The notes beneath the pieces are model-generated. The model ran no database searches. It saw only the letters and a list, made by a program, of their open reading frames with translations, and was not told the origin of the DNA. Source: Ignavibacteriota bacterium (GTDB lineage Bacteria; Bacteroidota; Ignavibacteria; Palsa-1295). Taken from it: a stretch of 64,000 nucleotides of DNA. The stretch spans positions 192,001 to 256,000 of the forward strand of contig CAWBEI010000005.1 in NCBI GenBank assembly GCA_963787835.1, in the 5' to 3' direction. Position numbers and translations under genes: made by a program. This document shows positions 8,811-17,776 of this stretch, piece by piece. Positions within the stretch are counted from its first letter, which is position 1. Each line of letters starts with the position of its first letter.

Positions 8811-10946
8811 TCACTTTTTCCTCTCATCAAACGCCCGCACAAAGCGCAATTCCTCGTAGGTGAAACCATCACCCAACTGCTCCTTCACGGGCCCCAGAGC
8901 GGCATAGCCAGCCTTCTGAAATGCAGCACGAATGGGTGCAAGCTTGGCAGGCTCGACCAATGAATCTATAGATGTAATATCCCCATTCTGGATCAGTGCG
9001 GCTAAGTGACTGCTGATGGTGCTAACGGAAAATCCTCGCAAGCCCGCGATCTTTGCAAGCGAGTAACCTTTTCGGAAATATGCCAGCGTATCGATCGCGC
9101 TATCTGTAACCTTTTCTTCGCGCGGCGCGTGATGCACAACATCCGTTCCCGCAATGCCGGGATTCTCTTTCTTGAATGTTCGCACCACGCTTAAGAATTG
9201 CATCCCGTATTGCCGCGCCTTCACCTCGCCAACGCCGGAAATGGCAAGGAACTCCTGCCCATCCACCGGCAGCCGCGCCGCGATCTCCTTCAGCGTATAA
9301 TCGTTGAAAATAACATACGGCGGCACCGATTGCTGCTCGGCGATCGTGCGGCGCAGTTGCCGCAGCGATTCGAACAGCTTCATGTTCGGCGCGGGAAGTT
9401 CTACAGCCTCGCGCGAAACGCGCTCGATATGTTTCGGATGGTCTAACGTGACCTGCAATCCATTCTTCAGCACGTCCCAACCCTTGCGAGTAAGTTTTAC
9501 TACGCTGAAATGATCGTGATCCTGCACGATGAGTCCCTGGCGGCGGAACTCGTTCGCAAAATGCCGCCATTCTTCTTTCTTATATTCATGGCCTACGCCA
9601 TACGTCGGCAGTTCGTGGTGACGGAAATCCTGTATCTTCTGTCCGCGTGAACCTTTCAGTACATCGATAACGTGCGCCTGACCGAAATTTTCCTTCAGCC
9701 GCACCACGCACGAAAGAAACATCTGCGCCAGTCGCGTCCCATCGAAGGTTTCTGCATTCTGCGTGGAAAGGCAATTATCGCACGTCCCGCAATTCGTACT
9801 CGGATAATTCTCCCCAAAATATCCGAGCAGCATTTTGCGCCGGCACGTAGTTGTTTCCGCAAGATCGACCATCCTATCAAGTTCCTGAATGGCGCGCACG
9901 CGTTCTTCCGGAGTTTTATCTTCGAAGAACATCATGTATTTCTGCCTATCGCCGCTCGCATAGAAGAGGATGCAATCGCTGGAAAGCCCATCGCGTCCGG
10001 CGCGTCCCGTTTCCTGATAATAGCTGGGAATGTTCTTCGGAATATCGTAATGCACGACGAATCGCACGTTCGGCTTATCGATCCCCATGCCGAATGCGAT
10101 CGTGGCGCAGATAATATCTACTTTATCGCGATCGAACAGTTCTTGTGTCTTGGCGCGGACATTCCTTTCCAGTCCCGCGTGATAGGCCATTGCATTATGC
10201 CCCTGCGCTTTGAGCGATTCGGCCAGACGTTCCGTTCCATCGCGGCTGAGGCAATAAACAATACCCGATTCTCCCTTTTTCTTATCAAGATAACCAACAA
10301 GCTGAGCCATCCCGCCTCGCTTTGGCCACACCTGATAGATCAGATTCTTTCGGTCGAAGCTCGCACGAAAGATATTGGTATCCGCGCGAAGTTGCAGTTG
10401 TTCGAGAATATCGATAAGAACCTGCTCCGTCGCCGTCGCCGTAACAGCCATGATCGGCGCATTTGGGAACCGCTCCCGTAGAATCCGAAGATTCCGGTAA
10501 TCCGCACGGAAATCATGTCCCCACTCTGAAATGCAATGCGCTTCATCTACCACGCAGAGTGAGATGTTGATCTCTTCGAGAAATTCGAGAAAACCAGGCG
10601 AAGGAAATCGCTCCGGCGCAACATAGAGTAATTTATACTTACCTTCTTTAAGCTCCTTTATACGAGAGTAAAGCTCTCGTCCATCGAGCGAGCTATTGAG
10701 AAAGGTTGCGGGAATCCCGGCCGCATTCAATCCATCCACCTGATCCTTCATCAGCGCGATGAGCGGACTAATCACAATAGTCACTCCCGGCAAGAGCACA
10801 GCCGGAAGCTGAAAGCACAGCGATTTCCCAGCACCCGTTGGCATCAGCGCGAAAACATCGTTTCCGGCAAGCACCGCCTCCACGATCTCGCGCTGGAGCG
10901 GACGAAACGAATCGAATCCGAAATATTTTTTTAGTGCGTCGAGCAT
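8811..10946 (-). CDS. recQ: ATP-dependent DNA helicase RecQ
   Basis: MPTGAGKSLCFQLP, DEAHCISEWGHDFR, YYQETGRAGRDG, Zn-binding CRR..CGTCDNC, HRDC and C-terminal HTH. Confidence 0.97.
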   Translation of the reverse strand: MLDALKKYFGFDSFRPLQREIVEAVLAGNDVFALMPTGAGKSLCFQLPAVLLPGVTIVISPLIALMKDQVDGLNAAGIPATFLNSSLDGRELYSRIKELKEGKYKLLYVAPERFPSPGFLEFLEEINISLCVVDEAHCISEWGHDFRADYRNLRILRERFPNAPIMAVTATATEQVLIDILEQLQLRADTNIFRASFDRKNLIYQVWPKRGGMAQLVGYLDKKKGESGIVYCLSRDGTERLAESLKAQGHNAMAYHAGLERNVRAKTQELFDRDKVDIICATIAFGMGIDKPNVRFVVHYDIPKNIPSYYQETGRAGRDGLSSDCILFYASGDRQKYMMFFEDKTPEERVRAIQELDRMVDLAETTTCRRKMLLGYFGENYPSTNCGTCDNCLSTQNAETFDGTRLAQMFLSCVVRLKENFGQAHVIDVLKGSRGQKIQDFRHHELPTYGVGHEYKKEEWRHFANEFRRQGLIVQDHDHFSVVKLTRKGWDVLKNGLQVTLDHPKHIERVSREAVELPAPNMKLFESLRQLRRTIAEQQSVPPYVIFNDYTLKEIAARLPVDGQEFLAISGVGEVKARQYGMQFLSVVRTFKKENPGIAGTDVVHHAPREEKVTDSAIDTLAYFRKGYSLAKIAGLRGFSVSTISSHLAALIQNGDITSIDSLVEPAKLAPIRAAFQKAGYAALGPVKEQLGDGFTYEELRFVRAFDERKK

Positions 10947-10950
10947 TATT

Positions 10951-11007
10951 GTGTAGAACGGGTTTTAACCCGTTCAAATCTTCTCCGGGTTAAAACCCGG
11001 AGTACAC
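10951..11007. repeat. REP-like palindrome dimer
   Basis: GTGTAGAACGGGTTTTAACCCGTTC and the inverted CTCCGGGTTAAAACCCGGAGTACAC; related monomer at 35624-35648. Confidence 0.8.
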
Positions 11008-11051
11008 CTTCTTTGTTGGTGCCCATCATCCAATCTCCTAATATACGCTAA

Positions 11052-11645
11052 ATGATTTCCCTCATTCGCGGAAAGCTCCATTTTCGTTCGCCATACACGC
11101 TCGTGATCGAGGCGGGTGGGGTGGGCTATGAACTGCTCTGCACACAGGAAGCTTATGACCGCGCCGCCGTCATCGGCGAGGAATACGAGATTTGGACGCG
11201 CCTTGTCGTCCGCGAGGATTCCATGACGCTCTTCGGCTTTGCCTCGCTTGCGGAGCGCGCGCTGTTCGATCAGCTTGTGGCGATAAGCGGCATCGGCCCG
11301 AAAAGCGCGATAGCTATTCTTTCCGGCATTGGCGAAGCACCTTTGCGCGAAGCCATCCGCGCCAGCGATGTTCACCGCCTCATCGGCATCCCCGGCATTG
11401 GTCGCAAAACCGCCGAGCGGCTTATCGTTGAGCTTAGAGACAAGCTTCTCAAAGAAGAAATTCTCTCCACCGAGTCCACTCCGTCCACCAGAATACGAAC
11501 CGATGCATTACAGGCGCTGCTTGCCTTAGGCTATCAGCGTAACGCGGCAGAGAAAGCCATTCGGGATGTGGTGCGTGATCAGCCGGAAATGCTTGCGAAT
11601 GTCGAGAAGTTGATCAAGGCGGCATTGAAGGAGGTTAATGCATAG
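11052..11645 (+). CDS. ruvA: Holliday junction branch migration protein RuvA
   Basis: GGVGYE, VREDSMTLFGF, ISGIGPKSA, IPGIGRKTAERLIVELRDK, ALLALGY. Confidence 0.97.
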   Translation: MISLIRGKLHFRSPYTLVIEAGGVGYELLCTQEAYDRAAVIGEEYEIWTRLVVREDSMTLFGFASLAERALFDQLVAISGIGPKSAIAILSGIGEAPLREAIRASDVHRLIGIPGIGRKTAERLIVELRDKLLKEEILSTESTPSTRIRTDALQALLALGYQRNAAEKAIRDVVRDQPEMLANVEKLIKAALKEVNA

Positions 11646-11653
11646 CCGCTGAT

Positions 11654-12748
11654 TCAATCCTGCATTACCTCTTTCTCCAATTCCTTTCCTAACGTCTCTG
11701 CTTCATCGCTGTTGAAAAACATGACAATTCCGCGACCAGAATTTAAATTCAGTTTGAAAAAGGAATAGAATCCCTGATGCTCGCCAGAGTGATCGATTGC
11801 CGTAACGTTATTTTTTCGAGAAACAAACACCCCGAGACCCGGTACGGATTCTTCTGAGTTCCCAAGCATTTGACGAACATCCTCCGAGTTCAATATGGTT
11901 CCATGGTCTCCTCTTGCATGAACGATTTCCAACAATAGCTTTGCGTAATCTTCGGCTGTTGTCCAAAGACCACCGGCTGCAAGTGCGGGGTAGATCATTG
12001 AGTGACCATTTACGATCTTACCGGCGTGATAACCGAACGCACAATTAGGGTCGTGAAGCGGAGGAAAGTAGGTGCTACGGTCAAGCGCGAGAGGGTGCAA
12101 AATCGTTTGTGTTACAAGGGAATCGTATTGCATATGTGCGATCGTTTCGATCGCAATCTGCGAAATCAGTACACCTCCGCCGGAGTATTTGTATTCGCCG
12201 ATTGGATATTCTCGTCGGACAGGAGGATTTTTTGCTGGATATTTTCCCCGTAATACGTCCCATTCTGTTGGAACGTATCCGTCAGCGAGATAGCCGTTGA
12301 ATCCGTGAATGTTGAACCCGGCAGTGTGCGAAAGCAATTGCCGGAGTGTGAGCGGTTGTCCGCCGCATAGATCGCTGCCAACAATACTGCACAGATTCGA
12401 ATCGAGCGTGATGAGCCTGTGATCGACGAGGTGAAGCGTGAGCATCGCATTAGGGAGCTTCGAAAGTGAAGCGGCCTGAAACAACGTGTTCGTATCGACC
12501 GGCTCATTATTGTCCGTCTCCCGATATCCGAGCGCACCATACCATGTAATTGCTCCATGATCGATAATAGCCATGCTGACTCCTGGCACATTATAATGAT
12601 GCAGTCGTTCGAGAACGTGCGCTCGCCAATTAGACTGATCGTTCCATAGATGGTTGCCCCCTGCCGAAGGAAAAAAGGAGAGAGAGACAAAGGCAAGAAG
12701 AAGCCATGAAACAATGCATACTGCCTTTTTTCTTTGGGATTTTCTCAT
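11654..12748 (-). CDS. Serine hydrolase, beta-lactamase class C-like
   Basis: Signal peptide, FQAASLSK (SxxK), LLSHTAG, YKYSGGG, HSG motif. Confidence 0.88.
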   Translation of the reverse strand: MRKSQRKKAVCIVSWLLLAFVSLSFFPSAGGNHLWNDQSNWRAHVLERLHHYNVPGVSMAIIDHGAITWYGALGYRETDNNEPVDTNTLFQAASLSKLPNAMLTLHLVDHRLITLDSNLCSIVGSDLCGGQPLTLRQLLSHTAGFNIHGFNGYLADGYVPTEWDVLRGKYPAKNPPVRREYPIGEYKYSGGGVLISQIAIETIAHMQYDSLVTQTILHPLALDRSTYFPPLHDPNCAFGYHAGKIVNGHSMIYPALAAGGLWTTAEDYAKLLLEIVHARGDHGTILNSEDVRQMLGNSEESVPGLGVFVSRKNNVTAIDHSGEHQGFYSFFKLNLNSGRGIVMFFNSDEAETLGKELEKEVMQD

Positions 12749-12766
12749 CCAAAAAAATTTTCAAAC

Positions 12767-13726
12767 CTAATTAAGCACCGGCAGCAACTCCGCTTTCTCC
12801 GGTTCACCGCACATTTTGTAGATGGCGTCAGCGACGCGCTGCATGAGCCATTGCGGGGTGCTTGTCGCGCCGGTGATGGCAACGGTTTCGGCATTGTCGA
12901 ACCACGACAAATCCAGTTCCCGCTCGTCTTCGATGAAATGCGTGCGCGGGTTTGCTTCGCGAGCTATGTTATAGAGCACAACGCCATTCGAGCTGTTGCG
13001 TCCGGCGACGAAAACGATCACATCCTGCGTTTTCACAAGCTCGACAAGTTTGTTCTCGCGTCCCGATACTTGTCCGCAGATGGTATCTTTCGCTTGAAAT
13101 TCGATCGCGGTTTCTTCCATTGTATCGACCACGAGATCGGCGATGCGTTCTTTCAATCGGTCGCGGATCTCACGGAAAGTGGGGCGGTCCATAGTCGTTT
13201 GCGAGAAGATAACGGTCGGGCGGTCAAACTTAATTTTCGATAATGCCTCTTCGACCGATTTAATGACAATGGCCTCGTCATTCACCACGCCGCGAAGCCC
13301 AATCACTTCCGCATGATCCTTTTTTCCGAAGATAACGATCTGGTAACCTTTTTCGTAGAACTTGTAAATGCGCTCCTGCACTTTCGCAACGACGGGACAA
13401 GTGGCATCGACCATGCCAAGCCCCAGTTCGCGCATCTTTTCAAAGGTGGAGGGCGGTTCGCCATGTGCGCGAATGAGGATCTTGGAATCAATGCCAAGTG
13501 CTCGATTTTCTTCGGCAATGCGCTCGAAATCGGAGTGGGTGATGGTTTCAAGTCCTTCCGACCGGAGCCGGTCCACTTCCACCGGATTATGAATAATATC
13601 GCCAAGAGAATACAGCTTAGGCGCGCGCCCATTGCCGGATTGCCCGGCAAGCTCGGCCTCGGCGAAATTCACTGCGCGAACCACGCCCCAGCAAAATCCC
13701 GAATTTTTATCGACGGTAACGATCAT
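12767..13726 (-). CDS. ispH: 4-hydroxy-3-methylbut-2-enyl diphosphate reductase
   Basis: GFCWGVVRA, IIHNP, IRAHG, DATCPVV, SQTT, DTIC, SSNG, ITGATSTP. Confidence 0.96.
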   Translation of the reverse strand: MIVTVDKNSGFCWGVVRAVNFAEAELAGQSGNGRAPKLYSLGDIIHNPVEVDRLRSEGLETITHSDFERIAEENRALGIDSKILIRAHGEPPSTFEKMRELGLGMVDATCPVVAKVQERIYKFYEKGYQIVIFGKKDHAEVIGLRGVVNDEAIVIKSVEEALSKIKFDRPTVIFSQTTMDRPTFREIRDRLKERIADLVVDTMEETAIEFQAKDTICGQVSGRENKLVELVKTQDVIVFVAGRNSSNGVVLYNIAREANPRTHFIEDERELDLSWFDNAETVAITGATSTPQWLMQRVADAIYKMCGEPEKAELLPVLN

Positions 13727-14307
13727 TTTGCTTTAAAACGTGAGTTAGTCGAATTAGTTACCTCAATTAACATATCCGATTTGAAAGATCGTCGGAAAAG
13801 GATGATACGCATTGAAGTTTTTAAAAAGTCTGGAGAGAACCCTGCTTGTACAAAAAATCCTTTGCCATTAAATGCTATCGCAATTCCATAATTTGAATTC
13901 CAATTGCCATTAGGCTCATCGATGCTGGATGTAAAAAATCTGTAATAAAAAGCAGAGCATTCGACTAATTCACTCTTTCCTCTGGCGAGCACAAAACAGA
14001 GATCGGCCTGTTCTCCAACGATGGAAGCAAGAATCCAGGGAAAAGCACCAGCCTCCAGACGAATTCCAAATCGGTGATAATAACCCTCGCCAATAAAATT
14101 GATTCCGCCAGGGGTTCCTATCGTTCCACCAAATGCTACATTATCTTCCAGATATTTTTTGGATTCGGACTGGTGGCCCATGAAATGGGTAGAATCTACG
14201 ATAGAATCTCGGGTGCTATCGCCCGTTGCCGTATGGCCGCCAGCGAATTGAGCCTTCGCAGGGCCAGTCAAGGCGCATAAAACTAAGATAAGACGCCAGT
14301 GTTGCAC
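13723..14307 (-). CDS. Exported, probably outer-membrane beta-barrel protein; true C-terminus may lie in the -1 frame ending at 13763
   Basis: GTG start at 14307 gives the signal peptide MQHWRLILVLCALTGPAKA-Q followed by amphipathic beta-strands; the ORF-track extension to 14379 runs into the tRNA. Confidence 0.55.
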   Translation of the reverse strand: MQHWRLILVLCALTGPAKAQFAGGHTATGDSTRDSIVDSTHFMGHQSESKKYLEDNVAFGGTIGTPGGINFIGEGYYHRFGIRLEAGAFPWILASIVGEQADLCFVLARGKSELVECSAFYYRFFTSSIDEPNGNWNSNYGIAIAFNGKGFFVQAGFSPDFLKTSMRIILFRRSFKSDMLIEVTNSTNSRFKAK

Positions 14308-14321
14308 AGCTGAAACAATTG

Positions 14322-14393
14322 TGACCCCGGGCGGGCTCGAACCGACGACCCTCTGATTAAAAGTCAGATGCTCTACCACTGAGCTACGGGATC
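14322..14393 (-). tRNA. tRNA-Lys(UUU)
   Basis: Reverse complement GATCCCGTAGCTCAGTGGTAGAGCATCTGACTTTTAATCAGAGGGTCGTCGGTTCGAGCCCGCCCGGGGTCA folds as a cloverleaf with anticodon TTT; CCA not encoded. Confidence 0.96.
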
Positions 14394-14560
14394 AAACCAA
14401 TGATGAATTAAGAATTAAAAATTAAGAATTAGGCTCGAAACCCATCACGGTGAGCCGCCCAAACGAGTAAAGTCATCTCAAAAATCCCATTAATCCCATA
14501 AATCCCGGTACCGTTCATCTTATTTTGAACGGATTTTGCGAGAAAGCGGGTTTAACGGGC

Positions 14561-15911
14561 ATGAAACATTCGGATTATATCGGCGACCTGAGCGAGCACA
14601 TGGGCGAGGAAGTTACCCTGAGCGGTTGGCTTTCACACAAGCGGTCGAGCGGGAAGATACAATTTTTGATGCTCCGCGATGGCACCGGCGTGTGCCAGTG
14701 CGTTGTGATGAAGAATGCAGTAGATGAAGCCAGCTACGCTCTCGCCAATGAACTGACACAGGAATCCACCTTTGCCGTAACCGGTAAAGTACAGGAAGCG
14801 AAAGGGAAGGCTCCCGGCGACATCGAACTGTTCGTTTCGAAGCTCGAAACGATCTCGATCGCTACCGATTATCCCATCACGCCGAAAGAACACGGTATTG
14901 AATACCTGATGCAGCATCGGCATTTGTGGCTGCGCCATACGCGACCCTGGGCTACCATGCGGGTGCGTGATACCATGATCGTGGCCATTCGGGATTTTTT
15001 CTACGAGCGTGGATTTATTTGCTTCGATGCCCCGATCCTGACACCGAATGCTGCAGAAGGTACGAGTACGTTGTTCGAGACGGAATATTTCGATGAGGGC
15101 AAGGCATATCTTTCGCAATCAGGTCAGCTTTATGGTGAAGTGGGCGCAATGGCGTTTGGGAAGGTTTATGTGTTCGGCCCCACGTTCCGCGCGGAACGCT
15201 CGAAGACAAAACGGCATCTGAACGAATTCTGGATGGTCGAGCCCGAAGTAGCTTTCATGGATCTGGAAGGGGATATGAAGCTCGCAGAGGAGTTCGTGCA
15301 TTATGTGGTTGGCCGCGTGCTGGATGAGCGAAGCGCGGAACTCACCATGCTTGATGAAGGTAAGGGTTCTCATCCAGCGTGCTCAGCGTGTACTGAAGCC
15401 GTTTCACAGGATGCATTATGATGAAGCGGCAAAGATTCTAGATAAATACTGGGATGAAAAATTAACCTCAGGAGAAGAGTTACCACCAACATTCAAGCGA
15501 TTCGAATATGGCGATGATTTCGGTGCTTATGATGAAGTTGCGTTGACATCTCTCTATGATGCACCGGTAATAGTTCACCACTATCCCGCAGCCGTGAAAG
15601 CGTTTTATATGAAACGCGATCCAAACGAACCGGATAAAGCGCTGGCGATGGATGTGCTCTTTCCAGAGTTCGGCGAGATCATCGGTGGCTCCCAGCGTGA
15701 AGACGATTTAACCAAGTTGCAGGCTCGGTTAGCGGAACATCATCTTCCGGAATCCGTCTTTGAATGGTATCTCGACCTTCGGAGATATGGAAGCGTTCCG
15801 CACGCAGGTTTTGGACTCGGACTTGAACGGTTAGTAATGTGGGTCTGCGATCTGGAGCATATTCGTGAAGCGATTCCATTCCCGAGGACGCTTACAAGAA
15901 TATGGCCATGA
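14561..15911 (+). CDS. asnS: Asparagine--tRNA ligase, interrupted by a +1 frameshift near 15355-15372
   Basis: OB-fold N-terminus, [34 protein letters not shown] in the first frame; [37 protein letters not shown] in the second frame. Confidence 0.93.
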
Positions 15912-16516
15912 TACACACAAAAGAAAAAACACATCATTCATTATTCGGTGCATTATTAATTCCCATTATCGTCGTATCGCTTATTAGCGGTTCTGCATTC
16001 GGTCAAACGATGATAACGGCAGGGCAAGCCGGCGTGCAGCGCGTGTTCGCTGACAATTACATGGGCGTCGGTTTCAGCGCGAGCTTCGTCTCGGGTGTGG
16101 GTCTGACGCTGAAAGATCATCTTCCATACAGCCCGATCGCCATTCAGATCACAGGGATGCCATTCAAAGATGGCAACGTCGGCATGTACAACATCGGCGG
16201 CGAAATTCAATAGGATCTCTTTTTAGGCATTACTCGCCTTTATCTAGTTGGGGCCGCTGGGTATTATTATTACAGCGATGGTTCGCAAAATAATAATTAC
16301 CAGAATGGGTATGGATACAATGGCAACAATGCGAATACCAATAATTCAAGTGGGAATGAGCTTAGCTCGCCGTATCGTCTCGGATTCGGTCTTGGTTACG
16401 AAATTCCCTATGGCCGCAACGTCGGCATGACCTTGAACCTGATGTTCACCGCCTTTATGCCTTCGGGCGATATTATTCCCACGCCTTCGATCGGGTTTGT
16501 GGGGTATTTTAGATAA
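15908..16516 (+). pseudogene. Exported outer-membrane beta-barrel-like protein interrupted by an in-frame TAG at 16211-16213
   Basis: ATGA overlap with the asnS stop and a signal peptide; the reading continues in frame after TAG for 100 more codons (DLFLGITRLYLVGAAGYYY...PSIGFVGYFR*). Confidence 0.7.
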
Positions 16517-16535
16517 GCAACCCAGAGAAAATTCA

Positions 16536-16781
16536 TTAGACTTGCGGCGGATTGGAGTTACGCTCTGAGAATACTTTCCGCAGCCAAACCAAACTCATAA
16601 TTGCAAAGAATCCATACTCCCACCACTTGTGAGAGCTAGAATAGGAGATTACTATTAGGATTGCGAAGTAGCCGAACAGTGCAACTCCTGTCACAATTAT
16701 CGCCGTTCTGCCCCAAGATTGCTTTCGAATGAGCTTCAAGGGCAAAAACGCAATAACTAAGAAAAAGGGTATCACTTCCAT
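16536..16781 (-). CDS. Small hypothetical membrane protein
   Basis: 81-aa ORF with three hydrophobic segments filling an intergenic gap. Confidence 0.55.
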   Translation of the reverse strand: MEVIPFFLVIAFLPLKLIRKQSWGRTAIIVTGVALFGYFAILIVISYSSSHKWWEYGFFAIMSLVWLRKVFSERNSNPPQV

Positions 16782-16960
16782 AAGTTATAATACGAAAAGG
16801 TAAAACCGGCATTTCAAATTCATACTAACCGGCTGAAGGCTACACCGATTTGCATTCTCAAATGGCTTTGATGTTTTGCCAAATACTAAAACATTCAGAA
16901 ATCAGGTAGGTTGCTCTTCAATTTCGTAAATTTGTAGAAATTGCTTCGACAAATTTCCGA

Positions 16961-17470
16961 ATGACCCTTTCTGAAATCGCATTTTACGTTCTTAGCGCAG
17001 GCGCGATCATCTTCGCGCTGCTTACGATCACGCGCCGCTCGGCGGTCGTGAGTGCGCTGATGCTCGTGCTCACATTTTGCTTTCTTGCGGCAATTTACCT
17101 GACGCTTTCGGCGCAATTCCTTGCGGTTGTTCAGGTTGCAGTCTATGCCGGGGCTATCATGGTGCTGGTACTTTTCGTTATCATGCTGCTGAACCTCGAA
17201 AGCGAGGACATCCGAATCGCAAATAATTGGAAGGCAATGGTCGGGATTTTGGCTGTTCTCGGAGTGCTTGCCCAAATTCTTGCAATGATCTTCATGTCCC
17301 AGGATAAGCTGCCAAAATCGATTAGTCCACAGGCCGGAGTGCTCGGCACCACGGAATCCATTGGCCGCGCACTTTACACCGGATACTCCTTTCCATTTGA
17401 GATGGCATCGCTGATTCTTATCTCTGCGGCTGTCGGTGCGATCATTTTAGCTAAGAAGAAACTCGCATAA
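16961..17470 (+). CDS. nuoJ: NADH-quinone oxidoreductase subunit J
   Basis: AQFLAVVQVAVYAGAIMVLVLFVIMLL, PFEMASLIL. Confidence 0.96.
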   Translation: MTLSEIAFYVLSAGAIIFALLTITRRSAVVSALMLVLTFCFLAAIYLTLSAQFLAVVQVAVYAGAIMVLVLFVIMLLNLESEDIRIANNWKAMVGILAVLGVLAQILAMIFMSQDKLPKSISPQAGVLGTTESIGRALYTGYSFPFEMASLILISAAVGAIILAKKKLA

Positions 17471-17773
17471 ATGGCACCTCTTTCACACTATCTTGCAGTT
17501 TCGGCGATCATTTTTGCGATCGGCACGGTGGGTGTGCTCATTCGCCGAAATGCGATCATCGTTTTTATGTGCGTGGAGCTGATGCTGAATGCCGTTAACC
17601 TCACGCTCATCGCGTTCTCCCAATTTTTAGGCGACCAGACCGGACAGATACTTGTATTTTTTGTTATGACGGTCGCTGCTGCGGAGGCAGCGGTCGGCCT
17701 TGCGATCATTATCTCGCTCTTCCGCAATAAGCAGACCGTGGATGTAACGAAAGTCAATATTTTGAAGTGGTAA
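17471..17773 (+). CDS. nuoK: NADH-quinone oxidoreductase subunit K
   Basis: [30 protein letters not shown]. Confidence 0.97.
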   Translation: MAPLSHYLAVSAIIFAIGTVGVLIRRNAIIVFMCVELMLNAVNLTLIAFSQFLGDQTGQILVFFVMTVAAAEAAVGLAIIISLFRNKQTVDVTKVNILKW

Positions 17774-17776
17774 TAC

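Noticed and set aside
8710-8814. N-terminal extension of ORF6N to the GTG overlapping the recQ stop
   Set aside because: The domain begins shortly after ATG 8709, and the extension covers a likely regulatory or recombination motif
14308-14379. ORF 13723-14379 starting MVEHLTFNQRVVGSSP
   Set aside because: This part is the tRNA-Lys sequence read as codons
13723-14393. Genomic island integrated at tRNA-Lys
   Set aside because: No duplicated tRNA 3' end or integrase was found downstream
16211-16213. Genome-wide TAG reassignment or pyrrolysine
   Set aside because: TAG is the normal stop of ruvA, ccmD, queA and metH in this window, and no pyl genes are present
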